Position numbers and translations under genes: made by a program. A DNA stretch of 38,683 nucleotides, taken from the NCBI GenBank assembly GCA_964587785.1, contig CAZPMG010000001.1, positions 60,567-99,249 on the forward strand, given 5' to 3'. Positions 1 to 7,072 of the stretch are shown here, one piece after another. The notes below the pieces were generated by a model, which saw only the letters and a list, made by a program, of their open reading frames with translations, was not told where the DNA came from and ran no database searches. Numbering within the stretch: the stretch's first letter is position 1; each line of letters starts with the position of its first letter. The stretch is from an uncultured Clostridia bacterium (GTDB taxonomy: Bacteria; Bacillota; Clostridia; Christensenellales; HGM11417).

Positions 1-18
1 TTAGTTATTTTAAATGCA

Positions 19-50
19 AAGTGCGGCATTTCTGCCGCACTTAGTTTTTT
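19..50 (+). terminator. Rho-independent terminator-like hairpin
   Basis: 10-bp perfect stem AAGTGCGGCA / TGCCGCACTT with loop TTTC, followed by AGTTTTTT. It could end a plus-strand gene lying left of the window. Confidence 0.6.
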
Positions 51-158
51 ACGGTTATAACATAGCTTATGCTGTACGTAAACAGCATAACTTAAGCAAT
101 GCTATTAGGGAGGGATGCAGGCAGATACACCTGCGAGTTTTTATTGCTGCGCGGCCTA

Positions 159-851
159 TCAGCAGCGGCACTCGGGCGGAGATATACCTAAGTCGGCATA
201 CGGTATTTCAAATACCGGGATTCCTATTGCGTACGGGCCTATGTCGTATTGCTGATAATATACGGCAACGGCCTCCGGGGTAAGGTAAAAGCTCTCGGGG
301 TTAAAGTTTGTCAATATAAGCTCGCGGTAGTTGTCAAAATATAGGTATGGGTCTTGCTTGAGGTTTTCGTCCGCGGCCGCCAATATCTGCGCAAGCACCT
401 TGCTGCGCCAGTCCGTGCCTGCGGGGAAAAGTGACGGCAGGGTTATCCTTTTGCCGCTGCATATATCAAATGTGTCGGACTCCCGCGGAGTTATGCCGTG
501 CGCGCCGCCGGTGTATATGTATTTGTCGCGGTAAAAGCTGAACGTGCAGTTGCCGTTGAGCGTGACTTCGTACCGCACGGTCAGTCCGTGCGGATTGAAG
601 GGAAAGCCTTGCTCCTGCGCGGATTTATAGTCCTGCACGGCCTGCCGCTGAAGCTTGCCCGCAGCCTCTGCCATGTAACCAGACGCCTGCATGGATATGA
701 TTCCGTTTATCCTCGCGGCTGCCGCCGGATTCGGGCCGCCCGAGACCTCGGGCCATTCCATGTCCAGATATAGCACATCTGTGTTGTCGTATACAAATGT
801 GTGCTCGTACGTCTTTGTGCGTATATGTAAGCTCTCTCGTCCGTTTTCCAT
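159..851 (-). CDS. DUF3298/DUF4163-type protein (RsiV/PdaC C-terminal-like fold), no signal peptide seen
   Basis: 230-aa ORF containing the YTGGAHG motif typical of DUF3298. Strong RBS GGGAGGTGA lies 5 nt upstream of the ATG. Confidence 0.75.
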   Translation of the reverse strand: MENGRESLHIRTKTYEHTFVYDNTDVLYLDMEWPEVSGGPNPAAAARINGIISMQASGYMAEAAGKLQRQAVQDYKSAQEQGFPFNPHGLTVRYEVTLNGNCTFSFYRDKYIYTGGAHGITPRESDTFDICSGKRITLPSLFPAGTDWRSKVLAQILAAADENLKQDPYLYFDNYRELILTNFNPESFYLTPEAVAVYYQQYDIGPYAIGIPVFEIPYADLGISPPECRC

Positions 852-951
852 AACTCACCTCCCTAAATATAATATGCCGTAAATGAGTGTTGGGTTAAAA
901 CGCATAGCCGCGCAAACTTAATCTACGCAATTAACGGAAAGTTGCCTTTAT

Positions 952-995
952 ACACATACAGCGCCCGGGACTATCAAGCGGGGCGCTGTATGTGT
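952..995. repeat. 15-bp perfect inverted repeat (strong hairpin)
   Basis: ACACATACAGCGCCC (952..966) and GGGCGCTGTATGTGT (981..995) flank a 14-nt loop. There is no clean U-tract on either strand. Confidence 0.8.
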
Positions 996-1098
996 TCCTT
1001 AAACTGATATGCAAAAAGCTGCGGCATTATCACAAGATTTTGCGGCAAAGCAAGCATTGCCGCAAACCGTATGAATATACAAACTGCGTTATAGAAGA

Positions 1099-1215
1099 TT
1101 ACTCGGGCTTTTCCGGCTTTTTGGGCTTGCGATTTTTTGCAAAGTATTCCTCGTTCTTTGCGCGTTCCTTGCTTCTGCGCTCGCAGTATTCCAGCCAATT
1201 TAAATCTTTTTTCAC
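1099..1215 (-). CDS. Candidate unannotated 38-aa basic small protein (MKKDLNWLEYCERRSKERAKNEEYFAKNRKPKKPEKPE)
   Basis: GTG start preceded by AAAGGAGA with a 4-nt spacer, and a TAA stop. It is too short for the ORF track and lies in a different frame from the 127-aa ORF 974..1357. Confidence 0.3.
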   Translation of the reverse strand: MKKDLNWLEYCERRSKERAKNEEYFAKNRKPKKPEKPE

Positions 1216-1343
1216 GGCGTCTCCTTTTGTGGTGGTTTTGTATTAGCTTTGGAAATAAACCGTAAAAATATGCATATGACTTAGCTGACACAAAAATCCT
1301 CATAATGCAAGGGAGCATAAACCTTTTGCGTAAGTACGCGCAA

Positions 1344-1377
1344 AAGGACAGGCGCAATTGTTTGTGCGTCTGTCCTT
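1344..1377. terminator. Hairpin terminator candidate downstream of the M23 peptidase gene
   Basis: 13-bp stem AAGGACAGGCGCA / TGCGTCTGTCCTT with an 8-nt loop. On the minus strand it has one A-C mismatch and is followed by UUUUGCG. On the plus strand it is followed by ATTTGCTT. Confidence 0.45.
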
Positions 1378-1381
1378 ATTT

Positions 1382-1540
1382 GCTTGCCGGGTTGCTACGG
1401 CCTGACACGGAGCTTGGTTAAAGCGCAGCAGTAGTGTGCGCGCTTGGTGTTGCCGGGCGAGCGCAAGGCCGGCCGCTAAGCTTGGTAATGCAGCCGCATT
1501 GACCTGCCGCGGAGCGGCTGAAACGCTTGTCTAACGCTTG
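1382..1540. repeat. GC-rich segment with six copies of GCTTG, the first three exactly 30 nt apart
   Basis: GCTTG starts at 1382, 1412, 1442, 1480, 1525 and 1536. The flanks are partly similar, for example GCTTGGTTAAAGCGCAGC versus GCTTGGTAATGCAGC. Confidence 0.6.
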
Positions 1541-1554
1541 CCGCGCCTTATGCC

Positions 1555-2172
1555 TTACTTGTTTTCAAAGGGCAGATACTCTGCCGGGTCAGCATATTCA
1601 CCCTGATAGATTACCTCGATATGCACGTGAGCGCCCTCGAGTATTGAGCTTATCGATGTGCCCGCTTTGCCTATTACGTCGCCCTTCTTTATGCGGTCGC
1701 CTGCGGATACGGGCGGGTCGGATTCAAGCGATTTATAGACGGTTGTCAATTCGTCGTTGTGCTTGAGCGTGATTACAGTGCCGTCCACGCCTGCGGACTC
1801 CACAGACTCAACAACGCCGTCATATACAGCATAGACGTCCGCTCCCTGTTCGGTTTTTAAATCAAGTCCGCTGTGAACCCTGAACCTCTTGAGCGTGGGA
1901 TTAAATACCAGCTCGGTCATGGAAAACTGCATCCCAACCGTAAAGTCGTCAAGCGGCATAATAAATACAACCGGCTCAGTGTCTACGGGGTCGGGGTCGT
2001 TTCCGCCCGGATCACCCGGGCCTGGCTCCTCTATGACGGGAGGTGTGTTAGTGCTGTTGCTGAGCGCCGCGTATGTGATCATTGCGCCTATCAGCAATAT
2101 GCTGACAGCAAGCAATACGTAGTATACGTTGCGCTTCAAAAACCCAAGGCAGCTGCCGAAAAAACTTTTCAT
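1555..2172 (-). CDS. M23/LytM-family metallopeptidase with N-terminal membrane anchor
   Basis: It has the HSGLDL...GxxVxAxxDGxV...GAHVHIEV pattern of M23 peptidases and an N-terminal hydrophobic helix. I place the start at ATG 2172 (MKSFFG...), which follows GGAGGAAACAACTTAC. The ORF-track start at 2205 is a GTG with no RBS. Confidence 0.85.
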   Translation of the reverse strand: MKSFFGSCLGFLKRNVYYVLLAVSILLIGAMITYAALSNSTNTPPVIEEPGPGDPGGNDPDPVDTEPVVFIMPLDDFTVGMQFSMTELVFNPTLKRFRVHSGLDLKTEQGADVYAVYDGVVESVESAGVDGTVITLKHNDELTTVYKSLESDPPVSAGDRIKKGDVIGKAGTSISSILEGAHVHIEVIYQGEYADPAEYLPFENK

Positions 2173-2305
2173 GTAAGTTGTTTCCTCCGTGATTTTCTCG
2201 TACACAGAGTTTTGACAGGAATATTTAATTTATACCTCACCGCTTAAAATATTTCATACAAAAAATCCGTTTTTGCCTCAAACACGGCGGAAATGGATTT
2301 ATTTA

Positions 2306-2334
2306 TTGATATTGAGCGCAAAATCCTGTATAAT
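2306..2334 (+). promoter_or_regulatory. Sigma-70/SigA-type promoter TTGATA-17-TATAAT
   Basis: TTGATA at 2306..2311, a 17-nt spacer, and TATAAT at 2329..2334. The predicted TSS is near 2341, about 210 nt upstream of the LysR-family start codon. Confidence 0.55.
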
Positions 2335-2340
2335 ATATAA

Positions 2341-2504
2341 GTAAGTTAACTTCAAAAGCTGCCCCGCAACTTTTGAATAGGCTTGACGAAGGCCAAGCCG
2401 GGCAGCGTTACAGTTGCCTTAATATCCGTTATAGTCGATTATCGCGGCTTTGCAGCACAGATCAAACTTGCTTGCTGTTTGAAAACTGCTGTATATTTGT
2501 TTTC
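2341..2504 (+). promoter_or_regulatory. Candidate structured leader or small RNA ending in a terminator-like hairpin
   Basis: Hairpin TTCAAAAG/CTTTTGAA (2351..2377). Its loop CTGCCC can pair with GGGCAG at 2400..2405. A second hairpin is GGCTTG/CAAGCC (2380..2399). An extended hairpin at 2453..2491 is followed by TATATTTGTTTT. Confidence 0.3.
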
Positions 2505-2550
2505 AAGTTAATTGACATATAAGTAAAAAGCTATATCTTAGGAAAATAAT

Positions 2551-3474
2551 ATGGTAAATCTTGAACTTTACAGAGTTTTTTATACCGTGGCAAAGTGCGG
2601 CAGCCTGACCAAGGCCGCCGAGGAACTCTATATTTCGCAGCCGGCGGTAAGTCAGGCAATCAAACAGTTGGAAACGCAGCTGGACGGCAAGCTGTTTTTG
2701 CGCACATCCAAGGGTATGGAGCTTACGGAAAATCAGGGAAAGCTCATGTTTGACTACGTAAGCCGCATAATACTACTCAGCCAGGAGGCGGAAAACGCTT
2801 TCAGCGAGCTGAAAAGACAGGCCGCAGGCGTGCTCAACCTTTCGGCTTCGGACACTCAGTGTAAATATTTTTTGCTGGACTATATCGCCGAGTTTCACCG
2901 CAGGCATCCGCAGATTACGCTGAACGTATTTAACCGCACATCCGATCAGACCGTGGAAATGCTAAGGTCGGGAAAGGCGGATATAGGCTTTGTAAATCTG
3001 CCCGTTGAGGACAGCGCCGTAGAAGTCATACTGCCGTGCGAACAGCTGCACCACATATTTGTTGCGGGCAAAAAATTTGCGCACCTTGCAAAGCGCGCAA
3101 TACCCTTAAAAGAGCTCGAACAATATCCCCTGCTCATGCTGGAAATAAGCTCTAACACGCGCAAATCCTTGATAAATTTTGCGCACTCCGAGGGCGTGCA
3201 CCTGCATCCCGATATTGAACTGGGCAGCTTTGATTTGCTCAAGGCGTTTGCCCGCGCGGATATGGGCATAACCTGCATCCCCCGCGAGTACGTGCTGCGC
3301 AACCTCGCAGAAGGCTCGCTTGTTGAGCTAAAGACCGTGCCCGCGGTGCCGGTGCGCGCAACGGGGTTGATTACATTAAAAAAAGCGCCCCCGTCATATG
3401 CCGTAAGCGAGTTTATAGAGTGTATAAAGAGTCACAAGCAGTTAGGCAGCGGCGCTCAAACAGGCGCAAAATAA
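2551..3474 (+). CDS. LysR-family transcriptional regulator
   Basis: N-terminal wHTH (SLTKAAEELYISQPAVSQAIKQLE) followed by a LysR substrate-binding-type C-terminal domain. RBS AGGAAA precedes the start. Confidence 0.9.
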   Translation: MVNLELYRVFYTVAKCGSLTKAAEELYISQPAVSQAIKQLETQLDGKLFLRTSKGMELTENQGKLMFDYVSRIILLSQEAENAFSELKRQAAGVLNLSASDTQCKYFLLDYIAEFHRRHPQITLNVFNRTSDQTVEMLRSGKADIGFVNLPVEDSAVEVILPCEQLHHIFVAGKKFAHLAKRAIPLKELEQYPLLMLEISSNTRKSLINFAHSEGVHLHPDIELGSFDLLKAFARADMGITCIPREYVLRNLAEGSLVELKTVPAVPVRATGLITLKKAPPSYAVSEFIECIKSHKQLGSGAQTGAK

Positions 3475-3692
3475 TTATTTATGTTGCCGGTTTACCCCGA
3501 ATAATTGCAGGTTAATATCACAATCTTTATCATTGAAAGTTAAAATAATTATTTTACCGTAATTTGCGGTATTTCAACTGCTTTGCTGAACGCTGACATA
3601 TGCGCACGACTGCCGTATAAATAAGCATGTATTAACCGTTATATATTAGAAACATATTATAAACACAAATATTGCGCTTAGGCGGCCAAACA

Positions 3693-5912
3693 CTATAATC
3701 CCGGCTGCTTTAGCGCCTTTTTTCTTTTGACGGGGCCGGGTGTACAGACCCGGCCAGACCCGCAGGCAGCCGCGCAGCCCGGCGGCCTGTGCGTGCAGCG
3801 GCCGCCGCAGGCGGGCGCGCGCAGCACGGCAAGCGCAGCGCACAGCGCTATAAACACGGCAAGCGCGCTGAGCACCGCGGATATTTGACCCGCAGGCCCG
3901 GCAAACACTTTGCAGAGATTATAAAACACAAACGTGCACAGCCATGCATATAGCGTCTGCGCCGTCATGGCAAGCGCCGCGGCTTTCCTGCTGCCGAGTT
4001 CGGTTTTTACGGCGGCGAATGCGGCAAAGCAGGGCATATACAGCAGGCAGAACACCAGAAACGACATTGCCTCTGCCCTGCCGTCAAACAGCCCGTTAAG
4101 GTCAGCGCCGCCAGTCAGCACTGCAAGCGTGGAGAGCACCGCTTCCTTTGCCGAAAGTCCGGATATAAGCGCGGACGACAGCCGCCAGTCAGAAAAGCCC
4201 AGCGGCGCAAACAGCGGCGCTATCAGCCGCCCTGCCGAGGCAAGCATACTGCTCTCTGCGTCGGTTACAAAGTTAAGGCTTGCGTCAAAGCTGCCGGAAA
4301 ACCATACCAGCAAGTTGCACACAAATATGACGGTGAATGCGCGGGCGACAAAGTCTTTTGCCCTGTCCCACAGCAGCAGAAACGTACCCGTAACCGAGGG
4401 CATTCGATAGGGCGGAAGCTCAAGCACATATGACGAGGAGGGCTGCTTTTTTGTAACGGCCTTTGCCAGCAGCAGATAGATAATGCCGCACACAACGCCC
4501 AGGCAGTAAAGCCCCAGCAGCACAAGCGCGCGATAGCGGCGGAAAAACAGCGCGGTTATTGCGCCGTATATGGGCAGCTTTGCCGAACATGACATAAAGG
4601 GTATGAACAGTATTGTGAGCAGTTTTTCCTTTTGGGACTGCATGGTGCGCGTGGACAGCACCGCCGGAACAGAGCAGCCGAAACCCAGCACCAATGACAC
4701 CGCCGACCGCCCGGAAAGCCCCAGCCTTTGCAAAAGCCTGTCCATGACATACGCCACCCGCGCCATATAGCCGCTTGCTTCAAGCACAGACAGAAAGAAA
4801 TACAGCAAAAGGATCAGCGGCAAAAAGCTAAGCACCCCGGCAATCCCGCCCAGCACTCCGCCGACTATCAGCGAGCGCAGCACATGCGGCGCAGACAGCC
4901 GCCCGAGCAGCGCGTCGGCACGCTCAAGCGCAAATCCTATTGTCGCTTCGGTTATGTTTCCGAAAAAACTGCCGAACAGCCCGAACGAAAGGGCAAATAC
5001 CGCAAGCATCACCAGCGCAAAAAACGGCAGAGCAAAATACTTGTTTGTAAGCAGTGCGTCAATATTACGTCCGTGCTTTTTTGAGCCGCTGCTTTTTACG
5101 CATTTATTATGCAGCGCGGTTATAAAGCCGTACCTTTCAATGGCTGCAATCTCGCCGCCCCCGTGTTTTACCTGCGGAACAGGCAAGCCGCTGCCCGCGG
5201 AGGCCTCCTGCAAAATTTTTTGTACGAAGTCGTCCTCTTCCAAAAGCTTTACCGCTGCAAACAGCGGCGGGATGCCCGCGGCTGTTGCAAGCTCTTGCGA
5301 AAGCTTGGGAATATGCGCGGAGAGCAGCGCCCCGGGCAGCCTGCCCCTTGCGCCGGAACGGCCGGAAACCGCTTTTTTCATTGCCGGAATAAGCGCATCA
5401 ATCCCATGGTTTTTTGCCGCGCTTATCCACAGCACGGGAATCTTCAGTTCGCGCTCCAGCGCAGCCGTGTCGATTTCTATACCTGAGCTTTCCGCCTCGT
5501 CGCGCATATTGAGCACCAACACAAAGGGAATGCCAAGCTCAAACAGCTGCAAAGTCAGATACAGCCCGCGCATTATGCTGCACGCGTCCACCACGTTTAC
5601 CAAGCAGTCATAGCCGCCGCTCAAAAGCTCGCCGCGCGTTATTTCCTCCTCGGAAGTAAACGCGCACAGTGAATAAATGCCGGGAAGGTCAGTAAAGAGC
5701 GTTCCGTCCTTTGCTCTGCCCTCCCACCGCTCCACCGTCACGCCGGGGAAATTGCCGGTGTGCCTGCGCGCGCCCGTCAGCCTGTTGAGCAGCGTAGTCT
5801 TTCCGCTGTTGGGATTGCCCACAAGTGCCGCGCGCATTATACCCAAACCATTCGCTGGTTTTAAGCTCAACTCATTCGCGCGCTTTAAACCTGTCTCATT
5901 TGCGCGCATCAT
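3693..5912 (-). CDS. feoB: Ferrous iron transporter FeoB, with extra N-terminal repeats and a fused C-terminal Cys-rich membrane tail
   Basis: G-domain motifs GNPNSGKTT and DLPG followed by a polytopic membrane domain. The ATGA start/stop overlap with feoA has GAGG 5 nt upstream. An alternative start is ATG 5837 (MRAALVGNPNSGKT). Confidence 0.93.
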   Translation of the reverse strand: MMRANETGLKRANELSLKPANGLGIMRAALVGNPNSGKTTLLNRLTGARRHTGNFPGVTVERWEGRAKDGTLFTDLPGIYSLCAFTSEEEITRGELLSGGYDCLVNVVDACSIMRGLYLTLQLFELGIPFVLVLNMRDEAESSGIEIDTAALERELKIPVLWISAAKNHGIDALIPAMKKAVSGRSGARGRLPGALLSAHIPKLSQELATAAGIPPLFAAVKLLEEDDFVQKILQEASAGSGLPVPQVKHGGGEIAAIERYGFITALHNKCVKSSGSKKHGRNIDALLTNKYFALPFFALVMLAVFALSFGLFGSFFGNITEATIGFALERADALLGRLSAPHVLRSLIVGGVLGGIAGVLSFLPLILLLYFFLSVLEASGYMARVAYVMDRLLQRLGLSGRSAVSLVLGFGCSVPAVLSTRTMQSQKEKLLTILFIPFMSCSAKLPIYGAITALFFRRYRALVLLGLYCLGVVCGIIYLLLAKAVTKKQPSSSYVLELPPYRMPSVTGTFLLLWDRAKDFVARAFTVIFVCNLLVWFSGSFDASLNFVTDAESSMLASAGRLIAPLFAPLGFSDWRLSSALISGLSAKEAVLSTLAVLTGGADLNGLFDGRAEAMSFLVFCLLYMPCFAAFAAVKTELGSRKAAALAMTAQTLYAWLCTFVFYNLCKVFAGPAGQISAVLSALAVFIALCAALAVLRAPACGGRCTHRPPGCAAACGSGRVCTPGPVKRKKALKQPGL
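5838..5909 (-). repeat. Three degenerate 24-nt tandem units encoding (M/K)RANExxL-type octapeptides at the feoB 5' end
   Basis: The units ATGCGCGCAAATGAGACAGGTTTA, AAGCGCGCGAATGAGTTGAGCTTA and AAACCAGCGAATGGTTTGGGTATA are followed by ATGCGCGCG..., which begins the canonical G domain. Confidence 0.6.
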
Positions 5913-6136
5913 ATGTACCTCACTTGAATGTGCTCTGCCTCGGCTACCCTTATTGTAAGCTTGTAACCTCTAAGTTCAATTTCCAATGGGTCTCCCATGG
6001 GCGCGCGGCCGCAGAGCGTAAGCTCCGTGCCCGGCACAAGCCCCATGTCAAGCAAGCGTTTTTTAAGCTTTTTTTGGGTGATACCTACGCGTACCACCCT
6101 TGCGCGGCTGTTCTCGCGCATTTGAGCCATTGTCAT
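5909..6136 (-). CDS. feoA: FeoA (SH3-like ferrous iron transport protein A)
   Basis: 75-aa protein with the typical FeoA pattern (RLLDMGLVPGTELTL...GDPLEIELRGYKLTIR), directly coupled to feoB. Confidence 0.9.
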   Translation of the reverse strand: MTMAQMRENSRARVVRVGITQKKLKKRLLDMGLVPGTELTLCGRAPMGDPLEIELRGYKLTIRVAEAEHIQVRYI

Positions 6137-6237
6137 AATTGTATATTCCTAAGTCTATAATTTCAGAAAGCACGTCAGCAATGCACAGCAGTAAATCCTA
6201 CATTTGTGTGCATAATTTGCCTGTTTATCTAAATATA

Positions 6238-6266
6238 TTGAAAAAAGCCGCGCAATATGTTATAAT
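6238..6266 (+). promoter_or_regulatory. Promoter TTGAAA-17-TATAAT with extended -10 TG
   Basis: TTGAAA at 6238..6243, a 17-nt spacer ending in TGT, and TATAAT at 6261..6266. It lies upstream of the DtxR-family gene, in the spacer shared with divergent feoAB. Confidence 0.6.
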
Positions 6267-6366
6267 ATAGAAAATAGGTTTGTGCGCATAGAGGCGAAAT
6301 CAGCCGGGGCTGCCTCAAGAAGAACGGCTTTACCTTGGCCTTAACGATATTAATGAGGAATATATT

Positions 6367-6741
6367 ATGAATGATATAACTGCTTCCAGCCAGGATTATC
6401 TTGAGACTATACTTGAGCTTTCCAAGTTCGGCCCCAACGTGCGGTGCGTGGACGTCTCTGAAAAATTAGGGGTTTCGCGCGCCAGCGTCAACCGAGCGGT
6501 AAATGTATTAAAGGCCGAAGGACTTGTTGAGCAGGAACGGTATTCCTCTATCACTTTGACCGATAAAGGCATTGAGACCGCTAAGGAAGTGAAAGAAAAA
6601 CATAATCTGTTGAAGCGTTTTTTGATGGAGACGCTCAGTGTTTCGGAAAAAAACTCGGAAAACGACGCCTGCAGAATGGAACATATAATTTCCGAAGAGA
6701 CGTTCAAAAAGCTCAAGGCGTTTATGAACAAGCAAAAGTAA
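6367..6741 (+). CDS. DtxR/MntR-family metal-dependent transcriptional repressor (short form, no SH3/FeoA-like domain)
   Basis: SQDYLETILEL...VSEKLGVSRASVNRAVNVLKAEGLV is the typical DtxR N-terminal wHTH, followed by the dimerisation helix region. The gene is divergent from feoAB. Confidence 0.85.
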   Translation: MNDITASSQDYLETILELSKFGPNVRCVDVSEKLGVSRASVNRAVNVLKAEGLVEQERYSSITLTDKGIETAKEVKEKHNLLKRFLMETLSVSEKNSENDACRMEHIISEETFKKLKAFMNKQK

Positions 6742-6756
6742 ATGCTGCTTTTGCTT

Positions 6757-6826
6757 GCTGCACGCAGAAACAAGGCGGGTTTGCGCAGCTTTTAACGGCA
6801 AAAAACCGGTTTTGCCGGATTTCTTT
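6757..6826 (+). terminator. Two tandem terminator-like hairpins after the DtxR-family gene
   Basis: An imperfect hairpin GCTGC...GCAGC (6757..6789) is followed by TTTT. Next is CGGCAAAA/TTTTGCCG (6796..6817) followed by GATTTCTTT. Confidence 0.55.
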
Positions 6827-6862
6827 AGTAGAATTGTTATTAAAAAAATAGTTTATATATAA

Positions 6863-6905
6863 AATGCTGAGATGCAATGTAAGCATCCCAGCATTTTTTT
6901 GTTTT
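6863..6905. terminator. Strong bidirectional Rho-independent terminator
   Basis: 13-bp stem with one mismatch, AATGCTGAGATGC / GCATCCCAGCATT, and a 7-nt loop. TTTTTGTTTT follows on the plus strand, and the minus-strand tail UUUUAUAUAUAAAC is also U-rich. Confidence 0.7.
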
Positions 6906-7004
6906 AAATCTCTGATAAAAGGGGCAATACGCAGTCTAAGCGTACTAAAAAATGAGTAGTATTTTGTTGGGTTGAGAGCGGTGTCGTTACTCGGCAATAA
7001 TGCA

Positions 7005-7034
7005 AAGAAACCACTATTTAAATAGTGGTTTCTT
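7005..7034. terminator. Perfect 30-nt palindrome hairpin, likely terminator of the r-protein/rpoA-rplQ transcript
   Basis: AAGAAACCACTATTT / AAATAGTGGTTTCTT lies 39 nt downstream of the rplQ stop. The plus-strand tail is GATTTATTGTGTTT and the minus-strand tail is UGCAUUAUUG. Confidence 0.6.
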
Positions 7035-7072
7035 GATTTATTGTGTTTAAATACTGAATCAGGCTTTTTGCC

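Noticed and set aside
974-1357. 127-aa minus-strand and 84-aa plus-strand ORFs (992..1246) in the M23-DUF3298 spacer.
   Set aside because: Their sequences are implausible (Cys/Phe/Arg-rich, no RBS). The minus-strand ORF ends inside the loop of the big inverted repeat. A short SD-preceded frame (1099..1215) is a better candidate, though still uncertain.
2233-2248. 16-nt exact repeat TACCTCACCGCTTAAA, shared between the M23 upstream region (2233..2248) and the rpsJ leader (23470..23485). I considered it as a possible shared regulatory box.
   Set aside because: For a 38.7-kb window searched on both strands, roughly 0.3-0.4 chance 16-mer matches are expected, so a single pair is not significant. 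It is worth revisiting only if a genome-wide search shows many copies upstream of genes.
3646-3843. 65-aa minus-strand ORF overlapping the feoB tail in another frame. I considered it as the separate FeoB-associated small protein.
   Set aside because: It has no RBS, and its hydrophobic segment is at the wrong end. The Cys-rich-plus-TM architecture is instead found in frame with feoB itself.
6137-6366. Search for a DtxR/IdeR (TTAGGTTAGCCTAACCTAA-like) or Fur box in the feoAB/dtxR divergent spacer. I noted a 7-bp inverted repeat ATGCACA-N19-TGTGCAT (6181..6213).
   Set aside because: There is no convincing match to either consensus. The inverted repeat has an atypically long spacer for these regulators, so I do not call an operator.
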